NCBI RefSeq assembly: GCF_004010195.1
Contig: NC_057719.1
Location: forward strand, 2,658,784 to 2,691,219
Reading direction: 5' to 3'
DNA: 32,436 bases
Source: Chiloscyllium plagiosum
Lineage: Eukaryota
The translations under genes and the position numbers were made by a program. The notes under the pieces are model-generated. The model was not told the DNA's origin. It did no database searches and saw nothing but the letters and a program-made list of their open reading frames with translations. Below are positions 11,724 through 23,212 of this stretch, piece after piece. Position 1 is the first letter of the stretch, and every line of letters starts with the position of its first letter.

Positions 11724-12538
11724 TATTACAAAGTCAAAAGAGTATATGTTCATTTTAAAACAGAAAATGTCTGAATTTTAAAGTAAATTTAAAGTACAGC
11801 CTCGGGTGCCAGAACAGAACAGCTAAGAGATGGGCTGTTCCAAAATAAACACATGTAACAACTGCCTGTTAAATGGGTACTTGAGTTTTGGTTGCTGTTT
11901 TGACAACAATTCAAATTTAACCAATTAATTTAAAATATGCCTAGAATAGTAAAACCCAATTGAGTTTGAATTTATTGTATTGACTACATCTGATGAATGA
12001 GAGGGAACAATGTTGGGGGGCATTTTGAAAACTGGTCAGACCAACTTACACTGAACAGGCAGAGTAACTGTTGTGGAGCCAGAGAGCCATCTGCCCACCT
12101 AATATGAAAAACTTTCAAAGAAATCAGGAGGCACTATCTATCGAAAGGTATCCTTTCCTGTAAAAACGTACATGCACTAAAAAGAAAGCAGACAAAGGGA
12201 GAAGACATCAGAATCGGAAGACCAGAAGGTAGACAGCTCATAAGACATTGTCGACTTGAGATTAAGTTAACGTAATGTTTAATAATTGTGTTCTTGGAAC
12301 AGCAGTATTGATAAAATTGTGTTCAGTTAAGGGATAGTGATTAGTTAGGGGAAAGATTGTTCAGTTTGTTAATCGTTTTACTTAGTGTTCACTATTAGAG
12401 TTAGGAAAATAAATTGTCATTTTTCTTCAATTAGTGGAAATTAGGAATTCTCTTTCAGTCACACACATTTTAATAGATTATGATGAGCTTTTCTGGGTGT
12501 TTTGTTTAACAGAGGGGTTTGACCTCTGCGTCGTAACA
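11724..12538 (+). mobile_element. Solo LTR (Gypsy/ERV-type)
   Basis: Termini TATTAC (likely decayed TGTTAC)...GTAACA. AATAAA at 12408-12413. Imperfect 4-bp TSD AAGA/AAAA. Cleanly interrupts the CR1 remnant. Confidence 0.65.
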
Positions 12539-13774
12539 AAAAATTGTAAAAGTTGGTATTGGGCCCCTTGTATTCTCTGATATGTATTAATGGTGTAGAA
12601 TTTGGTGTACAGGGAATGATTTAAAAATTTGTGCATGTCACAAAACTTGTGGGAGTTGTAAACAGCGATGAAGGCAGCATGCAACTTAAAACAATGTTGG
12701 CATCTTAGTGGAGTGAGCAGATAGATGAAAGATAAAGTTCAAGGTAGAGAAGAGTAAGGTGATTTACTTTGGTGCAAAGAAATGGAGAAACAGTATAAAG
12801 TGTATTTTTCTAAAAGGTATGGAGAAACAGAGACACTGAATGTATATGTACATAAGCTATTAAAAGTGACAGGACAGGTAGAGAGAGAAGTGTATTCTCA
12901 AGTTCATTAATACCAGCATAGAGCATGAAAGCAGAGGTTGTGATGAAGACATTTGTTAGCCCTCAGTTGGAGTACTGTGTACACTATAGGAGGGATGCAA
13001 ATGCATTAGAGAAGTTGGGACTATTTTCTTTGAAGAGGTTAGGACAGGTGTGATGAAGGTTTCAAGGTCACAAGATGCCTGGACAGAGTAGATAGGCAGA
13101 AACTGTTCCAACTTGTAAACATTTTAAGAATCAGAGGCCCTAGTTTTAAAGTGCTTTGTAAAATACCCAAGGTGAGAGATGAGGTGAGAAAAAAAACTTT
13201 TCCACACAGCATGTAATTAGGAACTGAAATGCACTGTCTGGACATGTGGAGGCAGGGGTTCAGTTGAGATATTCATGAGGGTACTGATGATTATTTATAT
13301 TGAAAGAATATGCAGGGTTACTGACTGGCAACTTCAAAATCATTGCAAATGAAACTTAAATATTTTTAAGTCGTATCATGGTTTGCTTTGATCATGAGGA
13401 ATGAACACTCACACAGAATGGATAAACTAAAATTTCTTCCAATTAAATAATGGCATACTGAAGCTTTTGCCTTCAGATCCTATGAACTCTGGTTCCAACC
13501 CAAGTATTCCATCCTCATCTGTGGTTAATGCCTCAGGGTGAATCAAACTTCAACATGGCATTGTTCAATGCTAATTAGAATTTCTAACCCCCCCCCCAAA
13601 AAAATTTCCTCAAACAGACATGCATGCGGTCATATCTGAAAGTACTACGTATTGAAGTATACTAGATTGTATTTTTGTATTTTAGATCAAATTTCAATAG
13701 ATAGGAGACCAAACAGTGCCTCAGAAGAAGTGCTATACAACATTTCAAAGTTTTTTTTGTTGGACACTGTGTAA

Positions 13775-15635
13775 GAAGAACTGCATTTATATGGTGTTTT
13801 TCATGACAATCAGAAGTCTCAAATTGTTTTACAGTGACTAGGAGAAAGTGAGAACAGCAGAGAGATCAGAGAGGAAAAGTGTAGTGTTGGAAAAGCACAG
13901 CTCAGGCAGCATCCAAGGAGCAGGAGAATTGATATTTTGGACATAAGCCCTTCATCAGGAATGTTGGGTGGTGGGAATAGTGGTGGTCCTCACCCTCAAC
14001 AACTCTTCCTTCCTACTTCCTTTAGACCAAAGGGAAAGCCATGGACACCTGCATGGGTGCTGGCTGTGCCTTCCTCTTAGTCAGAACTGTCCATCCTCTG
14101 TAGTTACACTGGCACCATTCCCCACCTTTTCCTCTGTTACATGATGACTGTGTGGGCCCCACCTTATGCTCCCACAAGGAGGTTGAACAGTTCATCAACC
14201 TCACAAACACCTTCCACCCTGACCTCAAGTTCACCTGGACCATCTTGGACACCTCCCATCCCCTCTTGGACCTTTCCATCTCTATTTCCAGTGACCTACT
14301 CAACATGGACATCTACTTTAAACCCAGCAACTCCTACAGTTACCTAGACTACACCTCCTCCCATGCTCCCTCCTCTAAAAATGCTATCCTTTAGTCACAA
14401 TTTCCCCGCTGTATTCACTCCCAGGAGGAACTATGCCACTCCTGAACATCCCAGGTGGCATTCTAGTTCAAGGACCGCAATTTTCCCTCCACATGGTCAA
14501 GGAAACCCGTGAGTGCATCTCCTCCACTTTCCGCTCCTCCGCCCTTGAACCTCATCCCTCCAACTGCAACAAGGATAAAACCTCCCTGGTCTTCACTTTA
14601 TACCCCACTAATCTCTGGACACAGTGAATCATCCTCCTCTATTTCCAACACCTACAGTCAGAACCCGCCACCAGAGATATATTTCCCTCCTCACCCCTAT
14701 CAGCATTTCGAGGAGACCATTCCCTCTGCAAATCCCTCATTAGGTCCACACCCCTCACCAATCACTATCCATTACAAGCACCTTCTCTGCCACTGCATGA
14801 GGTGTAAAACGCTCTCATGTCCCTCCTCACCTCCATTGAAGGCCTCAAAGGATCCTTCCACATCCGCAGAGATTTTCCTGCATATCCAAACACCTCATCT
14901 ATTGTGTCTGTTGTTCTCCATGTGGTCTCCTCTACACTAGGGAGACAGAATGCCAACTCACAGAACGTTTTGGAGAACATCTGGGACATGCACACCAAAC
15001 AACCCTACTGCCTTGTGGCCGACCACTTCAACTCCCCCTCACTCTGCCAAGGACACCCAAGTCCTGAGCCTCCTCCACCGCCAAACCCTAGCCACCTGAT
15101 GCCTGGAGGAAGAATGCCTCATCTTCTGCTTGGAACCATACAACCACAGAGCATCAATGTCGATTTCACAAGTTTCCTCTTCTCCCCTCCCCCCACTTCA
15201 TTCGGGATCTAATCCTCCAACTTGGCACCGCCTTTTTGAACTGTCCTACCTGTCCATCTTCCTTCCCACCTATACACTCCGACCTATCATGATTACGCCC
15301 AACCTGCAGCTACCTATTGTCTTCCCAGCTACCTTCTCCCCAGCTCCACCCCACTCCTACTTATTTCTTGGCCCCCTTTCCCTGCACCCCCCCAATGAAT
15401 GGTTTATGCTCGACACATTGATTCTTCAGCACCACACTTTTTGACTCTGTTTTACAGCCAATGAGGTACTTTTGATCTGTTATAACTGTTAAAATGTCGG
15501 AAATCCTGCAGTAAACTTGAACACAGCAAGCTTCCACAAACAGCAATGTGATAATAACCAGAAAATCCATTCTCATGATGTCAACTGAGGCATAAATATT
15601 GGTCAGAACACCAATAATGCCCCAGTTCTTTGAAT
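13775..15635 (-). mobile_element. Deu-domain SINE (AmnSINE1/SacSINE1-like), split into 13775-13834 and 15448-15635 by a PLE
   Basis: CTGCATTTATATGGTG...TTTACAG|CCAATGAGGTACTTTTGA...CACAGCAAGCTTCCACAAACAGCAATGTGATAATAACCAGAAAATC matches the reverse complement of the Deu domain and tail as recalled from AmnSINE1. Confidence 0.75.
13835..15447 (+). mobile_element. 5'-truncated Penelope-like element with inverted pseudo-LTR at its 5' end
   Basis: 10-bp TSD TGTTTTACAG (13825-13834 and 15448-15457). QTKGKAMDTCMG, FINLTNTFHPDLKFTWTI...DIYFKPSNSYSYLDYTSSH (RT), VADHFNSPS (GIY-YIG region). Inverted pLTR at 13841-13963 has a minus-strand CTGATGA core. Confidence 0.88.
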
Positions 15636-15729
15636 GGCTGGGGTTGTTTGAAACAAGGTGTCAATTACAATGTTTAATTTGTGCTAAATATGTATGTAAA
15701 CTATGTTCTAAAACCAAATTAATGGAGGA

Positions 15730-16490
15730 TATGGCAAAAGGACAGAATATATACAGTGAAAGGTGGAACCCTTAGGCGTATTGATATGCAGAGTGATCTG
15801 GATGTGCAGATCTACAGATCACTGAAGGCGGTAGCAATTTATATTTCTGAAGGAAGTGAAAAAGCCTATAGCATAATTGCCTTCATTGGAAGGGGAATTG
15901 AGTATAAGATTAGGTAAGTTATACCACACAGCTTTACAGAACCTTAGTTAGGCCACACCTGGAATATTGCATACAGTTCTGGTCACACACTATCAGAAGG
16001 ATGTGGATGCTTTGGAGACGGTATAAAAAAGCTTTACCAGGATGTTGTCTGGTATGGGGGATTTTAGTTATGAAGAAAGGCTACTTGTTTTCACTGGAAC
16101 ACAGGAGATTGAGGGGCGACCTGATAGAGGTTTATAAGATTGTGAATGGCATGGATACAGTGGAAAGTATGAGACTTTTTCCCAGGGTGGAGGGGTCAAT
16201 TAATAGGGGACACAGGTTCAAGGTGCAGGATGGGGGACAGGGGAAGTTTAAAAGAGATGTACGCGGCAATTTATTCTTACAAAGAGTGCTGAATGACTGA
16301 ACGCGCTGCCAGAAGAGATGATGGAAGCAGACACAATAGCAGCATTCAAGATGCACCTGGATGAATGCATGAATAGGAAGGGAATAGAGGAATACGGATC
16401 CTATGAGGGAAGATACTTTTAGTATGAAAATGCAAAATGTGTCACCACAGACTCGGAGGCCCAAAGGGCATGTTCCTGTGCTTTGGACTA
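15730..16490 (+). mobile_element. CR1/HER1 LINE 3' fragment
   Basis: LVRPHLEYCIQFW and [20 protein letters not shown] motifs. 3' UTR GGAGGCCCAAAGGGCATGTTCCTGTGCT. Confidence 0.85.
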
Positions 16491-16617
16491 TCTGAAATGT
16501 GACTTCATGCAAAAAACTCAGGTATGTAATAAAGATTTCTGTCAGGCACAGCATTGAAATTCAGCATTTATTTGTCGTTTTGATTGAAAACTGATCATCA
16601 CACTGAAATGGGAGAAT

Positions 16618-16694
16618 CAAAAACCAAAACTGCTGGAAATGCTCAGCAGGTGTGGCAGCATCTATGAAGAGAAATCAGAGTTAACTTTTCAGGT
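16618..16694 (-). mobile_element. Left half of a PLE pseudo-LTR/hammerhead piece whose right half appears at 23213-23238
   Basis: CTGCTGGAAATGCTCAGCAGGTGTGGCAGCATCT...GTTAACTTTTCAGGT joins CTGGCGATCCTTCCTCAGAACT (minus strand: TCTGAGGA-AGGAT...). Confidence 0.55.
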
Positions 16695-17542
16695 TAGACT
16701 GGTATGAAGGTCGGAGCAGGGAGACAGTTGGGAAGGTAAGTGATTGCAATTTAAGCATTCACCTCGAAGCCAGCAGTCTTTTTTTACAGCAGAGAGTAGC
16801 AGGAGCTGGGTGACAGTGAGCTTGGAGGCTGTTGGGAAGGCAACAGCCTACTATTTAAGTAAGTGGGTTTAGTAGCGTCAATCAGGGGGCCTACAGGGAA
16901 AGTGAGTCACCACATTTAAGGTTTCAAAAAAACTTACCTCTACCAGCAGAGCCCTCCATTTCTGTTCCAGCAGCAGGAAGAGCGGGAGCTCTAACCCAAA
17001 AGGACTTTCATGTATTGTTAAGGTTAAGATTTTTCAATTTATATTTCTTGTGTATTGTGTAATTGATTAAAGGTTTAATTGATTAATTGAATAAGACCAT
17101 AGCAGAGAAGTACTAGAAATCATTGGAAGTACTAGCTTTCGGAGCGTTGCTCCATCATCAGGTGGTTGTGGAGTATAAAATTGTAAGACACAGAATCTAT
17201 GGCAAAAGTTTACAGTGTAATGTAACTGAAATTATTATTGAAAAAGACCTGGGCGATTCTTCAGTCTGTCATCTGTTAGAATGACTATGTTGGTTTCAGT
17301 TCTTTCATAAGTAAATTGCAAAACTTCTTTAAAAGTTACATTCTCAAGTGAACTTTAACAATTGGTGTCATGTCGGCCCAGATAACGCATTTAAGGTATG
17401 AGCCTGTGTGAGACTGTCTGTGCCACAATGGTCAGATGATTCTAATCTAAAATACGGATTTACAGAATCTTACATGGATTCATGCAGTTTTTGAGCAAAG
17501 TAAAATGCAATTCTGCAAGTACAGATTCACCCCACAAATTTA

Positions 17543-17762
17543 TATGTGTATGTATGCATGTAGATGCGTATGTGTGGCGGGGTGGGGGGGGTTATGGGTG
17601 TCTGTGAGAGAGTCTGTGTATGTGAGTGTAAAAGGGTATAAGTCTGTGAGAGAGTGCGTGTGTGAGTGAATGTGTGAGGGTATGAGAGAGGGTCTGCGTG
17701 AGTATGTGTGTCTGTAGGAGTGTGTGTGCGTGTATATGTGCAGGAGCGTGTGTGTGTGTGTA
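17543..17762 (+). repeat. Degenerate (TG)n/(GA)n microsatellite
   Basis: Direct inspection: runs of TGTGTG, GAGAGAGT, GTGTGCGTG. Confidence 0.9.
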
Positions 17763-17883
17763 TAATGTTACATCACACTGTAAACTTTTAATATAAATTC
17801 TGTCTTACAATCTTATACTTCGCAACCACCTGACGAAGGAGCAGTGCTCCAAAAGCTAGTGCTTCCAATTAAACCTGTTGGAC

Positions 17884-18580
17884 CAAACCGCATCATCCGC
17901 TGACATTTCCGCCACCTCCAAATGGACCCCTCCACCAGAGTTATATTTCCCTCCCCATCCCTTTCCGCAAAGACCGTTCTCTCCGTGACCACCTGGTCAG
18001 GTCCACGCCCCCCAACAACCCACCCTCCCATCCTGCCACCGCAGGAATTGCAAAAGCCTGTGCCCACACCTCCTCCCTCACCTCCATCCAAGGCCCCAAA
18101 GGAGCCTTCCACATCCATCAAAGTTTTACCTGCACTTCCACCAATGTCATTTATCGTATCTGTTGCTCCCGATGTCGTCTCCTCTACATTGGGAAGACTG
18201 GACGCCTCCTAGCAGAGCGCTTTAGGGAACATCTCCGGGACACCCGCACCAATCAACCCCACCACCCCGTGGCCCAACATATCAATTCCCCCTCCCACTC
18301 TGCCGAGGACATGCAGGTCCTGGGCCTCCTCCACCATCACTCCCTCACCATCCGACGCCTGGACGAAGAATGCCTCATCTTCTGACTTGGAACACTTCAA
18401 TCCCAGGGCATCAATGTGGACTTCACCAGTTTCCTCATTTCCTCTCTTCCCACTTTACCCCAGTTCCAACCTTCCAGCTCAGCACTATCCCCATGACCTG
18501 TCCTACCCCTGACCTGTTGTGCTTTTCCAGCACCACTCTAATCCAGACTTGGGTTTCCAGCATCTGCAGTCCTCGTTTTT
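17884..18580 (+). mobile_element. 5'-truncated PLE (GIY-YIG endonuclease end), nested inside the previous element
   Basis: FTCTSTNVIYRICCSRCRLLYIGKTGRLLAERFREHL...EECLIF*LGTLQSQGINVDF. Duplication ACCTGTTGGAC at 17873-17883 and 18581-18591. Confidence 0.9.
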
Positions 18581-18706
18581 ACCTGTTGGACTATCGCCTG
18601 GTGTTGTGTTATTTTTAACTTTGTACACCCCAGTCCAACACCGGCATCTCTAAATCATTGAAATTATTTAATACATAAATTGTAAAAGTTAATTAAGGAA
18701 GTAGTT

Positions 18707-19653
18707 ATGGTTGGACAAGTGATATGCTGTAGCTGTATGATGTGGGAGCTGGCTGATCCCATTGTGAACAGCAGTGACCACATCTGCAGCAAGTGTTGGT
18801 TGCTGGAAAAACTCCTGATCAGAATTGATGATCTGGAATCTGAGCTTCCAACTCTGTGGCACATCTGGGACGGAGAGATTTACCTGGAACTTTGTTTCAG
18901 GAGATTGTCACACCCGGTACATCAAATTCAGCAAGTGTTCAGGGACAACAGGGTGTTACTGTAAGTGAGGCGGGTAGGGGGATTCTGAGTTCAGAAGTGC
19001 AGGAGCCTTAGCCCTTGACCTTGTCCAACAGGTATGAGATTCTTGCTTCCTGTACGGATGAGGGAAAGGGCTGTGGACAGGACGAGCCAGCTTACCACGG
19101 TACCATGGTGCAGAAGGCCATTCACATGGGGGAGAAAAAAAAGTTGTTATAGGGATTCTATAATGAGTGGGACAGATAGTATCCTATACAAGCCAGATTG
19201 GGAATCCCGCATGGTGTGTTGCCTGTCTGTTGCCAGGGTGCAGGACATCTCAGAACGCTTGTAAGGATATTGGAGCGGGAGGGGGCGGATCCAGTTATTT
19301 AGATCCACGTTGGGACTAACAACATAGGCAAAGCGAGGATGGAGTACCTGTTTGGGAATTGTCAAGCACTAGGAAGGAAGTTGAAGTACAGGTCCTCAAG
19401 GGTCATAATCTCCGGATTACCGCCCGAGCCACATGCCAATTGGCATAGGGATAAGAAAGTTAGGGAAGTTAACATGTGGCTAAGGGATTGGTGTGGGAAA
19501 GAGGGATTCCATTTCATGGGGCATTGGCATCAGTTTTGGAAAGGGGGGGGGGGGGGGGTCTGTAACATTGGGACGGGACGGTCTCCACCTGAACCGATCT
19601 GTGTTCCAGTGAAAACGATAAATAGGATGTTCAGTAGGACTTTAAACTACTGA
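18707..19653 (+). pseudogene. CR1 ORF1 (zinc finger, coiled coil, SGNH esterase), frameshifted
   Basis: MVGQVICCSCMMWE...HICSKCWLLEKLLIRIDDLESEL; DSIMSGTD...SRMVCCLSVARVQDI; IHVGTNNI; SRVIISGLPPEP. Confidence 0.88.
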
Positions 19654-21850
19654 GTCGGGGAGAAGGGAAAGTGAAAGCTACAGGGAGAATGGAGTTAAAT
19701 GGAAAGATAAGCAGCAGGACAGCACGTGTGCAGGTGGGTTTAAGCTCGAGGCAAATTAAGAATGCAGCAAAAAGGAAGGATAACTTGGGAGATCTTTTGA
19801 TTTCCAATATATCTAATAATGATAAGAAAGATAGTAATGAGGCACTTTACCTGAATGCTTGTAGTATTCGTAACAAAGTAGATCAATTAACGGCACAAAT
19901 CATCGTGAATTGTAATGATATAGTAGGCATCACAGAGACATGGTACCAGGGGGTTCAGGACTGGCAGTTAAACATCCAAGAATTTACACCTATTAGAAAG
20001 ACTGGGAGGTGGGCAGAGAGGACAGAGTTGCCTTGTTAGTTAAGAATGAAATTAAATCTATGGCACTGATTGACATAGAGTCAGATGATGTGGAGTCTGT
20101 GTGGGTGGAGTTGAGGAACCACAAAGGCAAAAAAAACAAAATGGGAGTTATGTACAGGCCTCCAACTGTGATCAGGACCAGGAGCACAAGATGTAAGGGA
20201 AACAGGGCATGTCAGAAAGGCAAGGTCACGGTGATCATGTGGGACTTCAATATGCAAGTGGACTGGGTGAATAATGTCACCGGTGGATCCAAAGAAAGCG
20301 AATTCATGGAATGCTTACAGGATGGCATTTTGGAACATCTTGGAGCCCACAAAGGAGCAGGTTATTCTGGACTTAGTCTTATGTAATGAGCCAGACATTA
20401 TAAAAGATCTTAAAGTAAAGGAACATTTAGGAGGCAGCGAACATAATATGGTAGAGTTCAGTCTGCAGTTTGAAAAAAAAAGGCAAAATTAGATGTAATG
20501 GTGTTACAGTTAAATAAAGGTAATTACAGGAGCATGACAAGAGGAACTGACAAAAATCGACTGGAAGCAAAGCCTAGTAGAGCAACAATAGCAGGAGTTT
20601 CTGAGTGTAATTGAGGACACAGTATAGAGGTTCATTCCAAAGAAAAGAAAGATTATCTGGGGGAGGCGGTGGGGGGGTGGGTGCATTAGACAGCCATGGC
20701 TGACAAAGGAAGTCAGGAAATGTATCACAGGAAAAGAGACAGCCTATAAAGTGGCCAAGAGCACTGGGAAATCAGAAGATTGGGAAGACTACAAAAAAAC
20801 CCAGAGGATAACAAAGAGAGAAATAAGGAAGGAGAGGTTCAAATACGATGGTAGGCCAGCCAGTAATATTAGAAATGATAGTAAAAGTTTTTTTCAATAC
20901 ATAAGAAACAAATGAGAAGCAAAATTAGACTTTGGGCCGCTCCAAACTGATGCTGGAAGGCTAGCGATGGGAGATAAAGAAATAGCTGAAGAACTTAATA
21001 AGTACTTTGCGTCAGTCTTCACAGTGGAAGATGAGTAATATCCCAACAATTGAGGAGAGTCAGGGGCAGAGTTGAATATGGTAGCCATTAAAAGTGCTAG
21101 AAAAGCCAAAATGTCTAAAAATTGACAATTCTCCTGGCCCCGATGGGCTACCTCCTAGAGTTCTGAGGGAGGTGGCTGAGGAAATAGCGGAGACATTGGT
21201 TGTGATCTTTCAAAAGTCACTGGAGTCAGGGAAAATTCCAGATGATTGGAAAATCTCTGTTTTAACCCCCTTGTTCAAGAAAGGATCAAGACAAAAAAAT
21301 GGAAAATGATAATCTGATTAGCCTAACCTTGGTTGTTGGTAAAATTCTAGAATCCATTGTTAAGGGTGAGATTTCTAAATTCTTGAAAGTGCAGGGTCAG
21401 ATTAGAACAAGTCAGCATGGATTTAGTAAGGGGAGGTTCATGCCTGACAAACCTGTTAGAATTCTTTGAAGAGGTAACAAGTAGATTAGACCAGGGCAAA
21501 CCAGTGGATGCTATCTACCTCGACTTCCAAAGGGTCTTTCTTAAGGTGCCTCACAGGAAGCTGCTGAGTAAGGTGAGGGCCCATGGTGTTTGAGGTGAGC
21601 TACTGACATGGACTGAGGATTGGCTGTCTGATAGAAGGCAGAGAGTTGGCATAAAAGGTTCTTTTTGGAATGGCAGCCGGTGACAAGTGGAGTCCCACAG
21701 GATTCAGTGTTGGGGCTGGAGCTGTTCACTTTATATATTAATGATCTGGATGAAGGGACTGGGGACATTCTGGCACAGTTTGCCGATGATACAAAGTTAA
21801 ATGGACAGACAAGTAGTACTAAGGAGGTGGGGAGGCTGCAGAAAGATTTA

Positions 21851-22074
21851 AGGAGAAAGTGAGGACTGCAGATCAGAGCTGAAAATGTGTTGCTGAAAAA
21901 GCGCAGCAGGTCAGGCAGCATCCAAGGAACAGGAGAATCGACGTTTTGGGCATAAGCCCTTCTTCAGGAATGAGGAAAGTCATTCCTGAAGAAGGGCTTA
22001 TGCCCGAAACGTCGATTCTCCTGCTCCTTGGATGCTGCCTGACCTGCTGCGCTTTTCCAGCAACACATTTTCAG
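21851..22074. mobile_element. 224-bp palindromic PLE-derived insertion with two divergently oriented hammerhead motifs
   Basis: 14-bp TSD TGCAGAAAGATTTA (21837-21850 and 22075-22088). 95-bp inverted arms 21879-21973 and 21980-22074 with 3 mismatches and a 6-nt spacer. Confidence 0.92.
21980..22020 (+). ncRNA. Minimal type I hammerhead ribozyme motif (PLE type)
   Basis: CTGAAGA (21986-21992), extra A, helix II GGGC-TTAT-GCCC, GAAA (22006-22009), self-complementary ACGT, GTC cleavage triplet (22011-22013). Helix I is short and weak. Confidence 0.75.
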
Positions 22075-22939
22075 TGCAGAAAGATTTAGACAGTTTAGGG
22101 GAGTGGTCCAGGAAATGGCTGATGAAATTCAATGTGAGCAAATGTGAGGTCTTGCACTTTGGAAAAAAGAATATAGGCATGGACTATTTTCTAAATGGTG
22201 AGAAAATTCATAAAGCCGAAATACAAAGGGATCTGGGAGTGCTAGTCCAGGATTCACTAAAGGTTAACTTGCAGGTTAAGTCCTTGATTAAGAAAGCGAA
22301 TGTAATGTTGTCATTTATCTCATGAGGGTTGGAATATAAAAGCAGTGATGTGCTTCTGAGACTTTATAATGCTCTGGTTAGGCCCCATTTAGAATACTGC
22401 ATCCAATTTTGGGCCCCACACCTCAGGAAGACTACACTGGCAATGGTGCACATCCAGTGCAGATTTACACAGATGATTCCTGGAATGGTCGGCCTAACAT
22501 ATGATGAACGGCTGAGGATCCTGGTATTGTATTCATTAGAGTTTAGAAGGTTGAGGGAGATCTATTAGAAACTTACAAGATAATGCATGGCTTAGAAAGG
22601 GTGGACGCTGGGAATTTGTTTCCGTTAGGCAGGAAGACGAGGACCCCTGGCACAGCCTTAGAATTAAAGGGGGTCAATTTAGAATGGAAATGAGGAGACA
22701 TTTCTTCAGCCAGAGTGGTAGGCCTGCGGAATTTATTGCCACGGACCCCAGTGAAGGCCAGGACGTTAAATGTCTTCGGGGCAGAGATTGATAAATTCTT
22801 GATCTCGCAAGGAATTAATGGCTACAGGGAGAGTGTGAATAAGTGGAGTTGAAATGCCCATCAGCTATGATTAAATGGTGGCGTGGATTCAATGGGCTGA
22901 AAGGCCTTGCTTCCACTCCTATTTCTTATGGTCTTAAAA

Positions 22940-23212
22940 GGTGAGTGACATGGTATCAGGGGTAAGCTAGCAAGATGGATACAGAACTGGCTTAGTCAAA
23001 GAAGACAGAGGGTAGTGGTGGAAGGATGCTTTTTGGAATGGAGGGCTGTGACTAGTGGTATTCCACTGGGATCAGTCCTGGAAGCTCTGCTGTTGGTGAC
23101 CCATATAAATGATTAGAAGGAAAATGTTGCTAGTTTAATGAATAAGTATGTGTACGATACAAAAATGGGTGAAACCAGTTTTAATAGTTTCTGTACTGTT
23201 CTTTGTTCTTGT
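22940..23212 (+). mobile_element. Second CR1 RT fragment with tail
   Basis: WIQNWLSQRRQRVVVEG...VTSGIPLGSVL. Tail TTCTGTACTGTTCTTTGTTCTTG. Confidence 0.75.

Larger units (their letters stand above)
11360..13320 (+). mobile_element. Highly decayed CR1 LINE ORF2, interrupted by a hammerhead mini-element and a solo LTR
   Basis: Collinear decayed CR1 motifs: TGTCTAACTAACTTA (CLTNL), TGGTTAAGAGATAGGAAACAGAGA (WLRDRKQR), CCTCAGTTGGAGTACTGTGTA (PQLEYCV). Confidence 0.65.
17126..18651. mobile_element. Non-autonomous element of a second PLE family with ~105-bp inverted repeats, two hammerhead motifs and a (TG)n tract, inserted in the CR1 5' UTR
   Basis: Inverted arms 17122-17226 and 17767-17869. Minus-strand core CTGATGA-T-GGAGC-AAC-GCTCC-GAAA-GCTA (17161-17133); plus copy CTGACGA at 17830-17836. 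Flanking duplication AAATCATTG (17117-17125 and 18652-18660). Confidence 0.75.
19840..22852 (+). pseudogene. CR1 ORF2 (APE endonuclease + reverse transcriptase), disrupted
   Basis: LYLNACSIRNK, DIVGITETW, GVMYRPP, IMWDFN, ILDLVL, SPGPDGLPPRVLRE, SGVPQDSVLG, FADDTK, LVRPHLEYCIQFWAP. Confidence 0.93.
16700..22935 (+). mobile_element. Near full-length decayed CR1/HER1 LINE (5' UTR, ORF1, ORF2, tail)
   Basis: ORF1 from ATG 18707, ORF2 from ~19840, 3' tail TCTTATGGTCTTA. Multiple stops and frameshifts; two nested insertions. Confidence 0.93.

Noticed and set aside
17230..17540. SECIS-like AUGA..AA..GA motifs on the minus strand of the PLE derivative
   Set aside because: Could not form a convincing helix II by eye, and no associated ORF is present.
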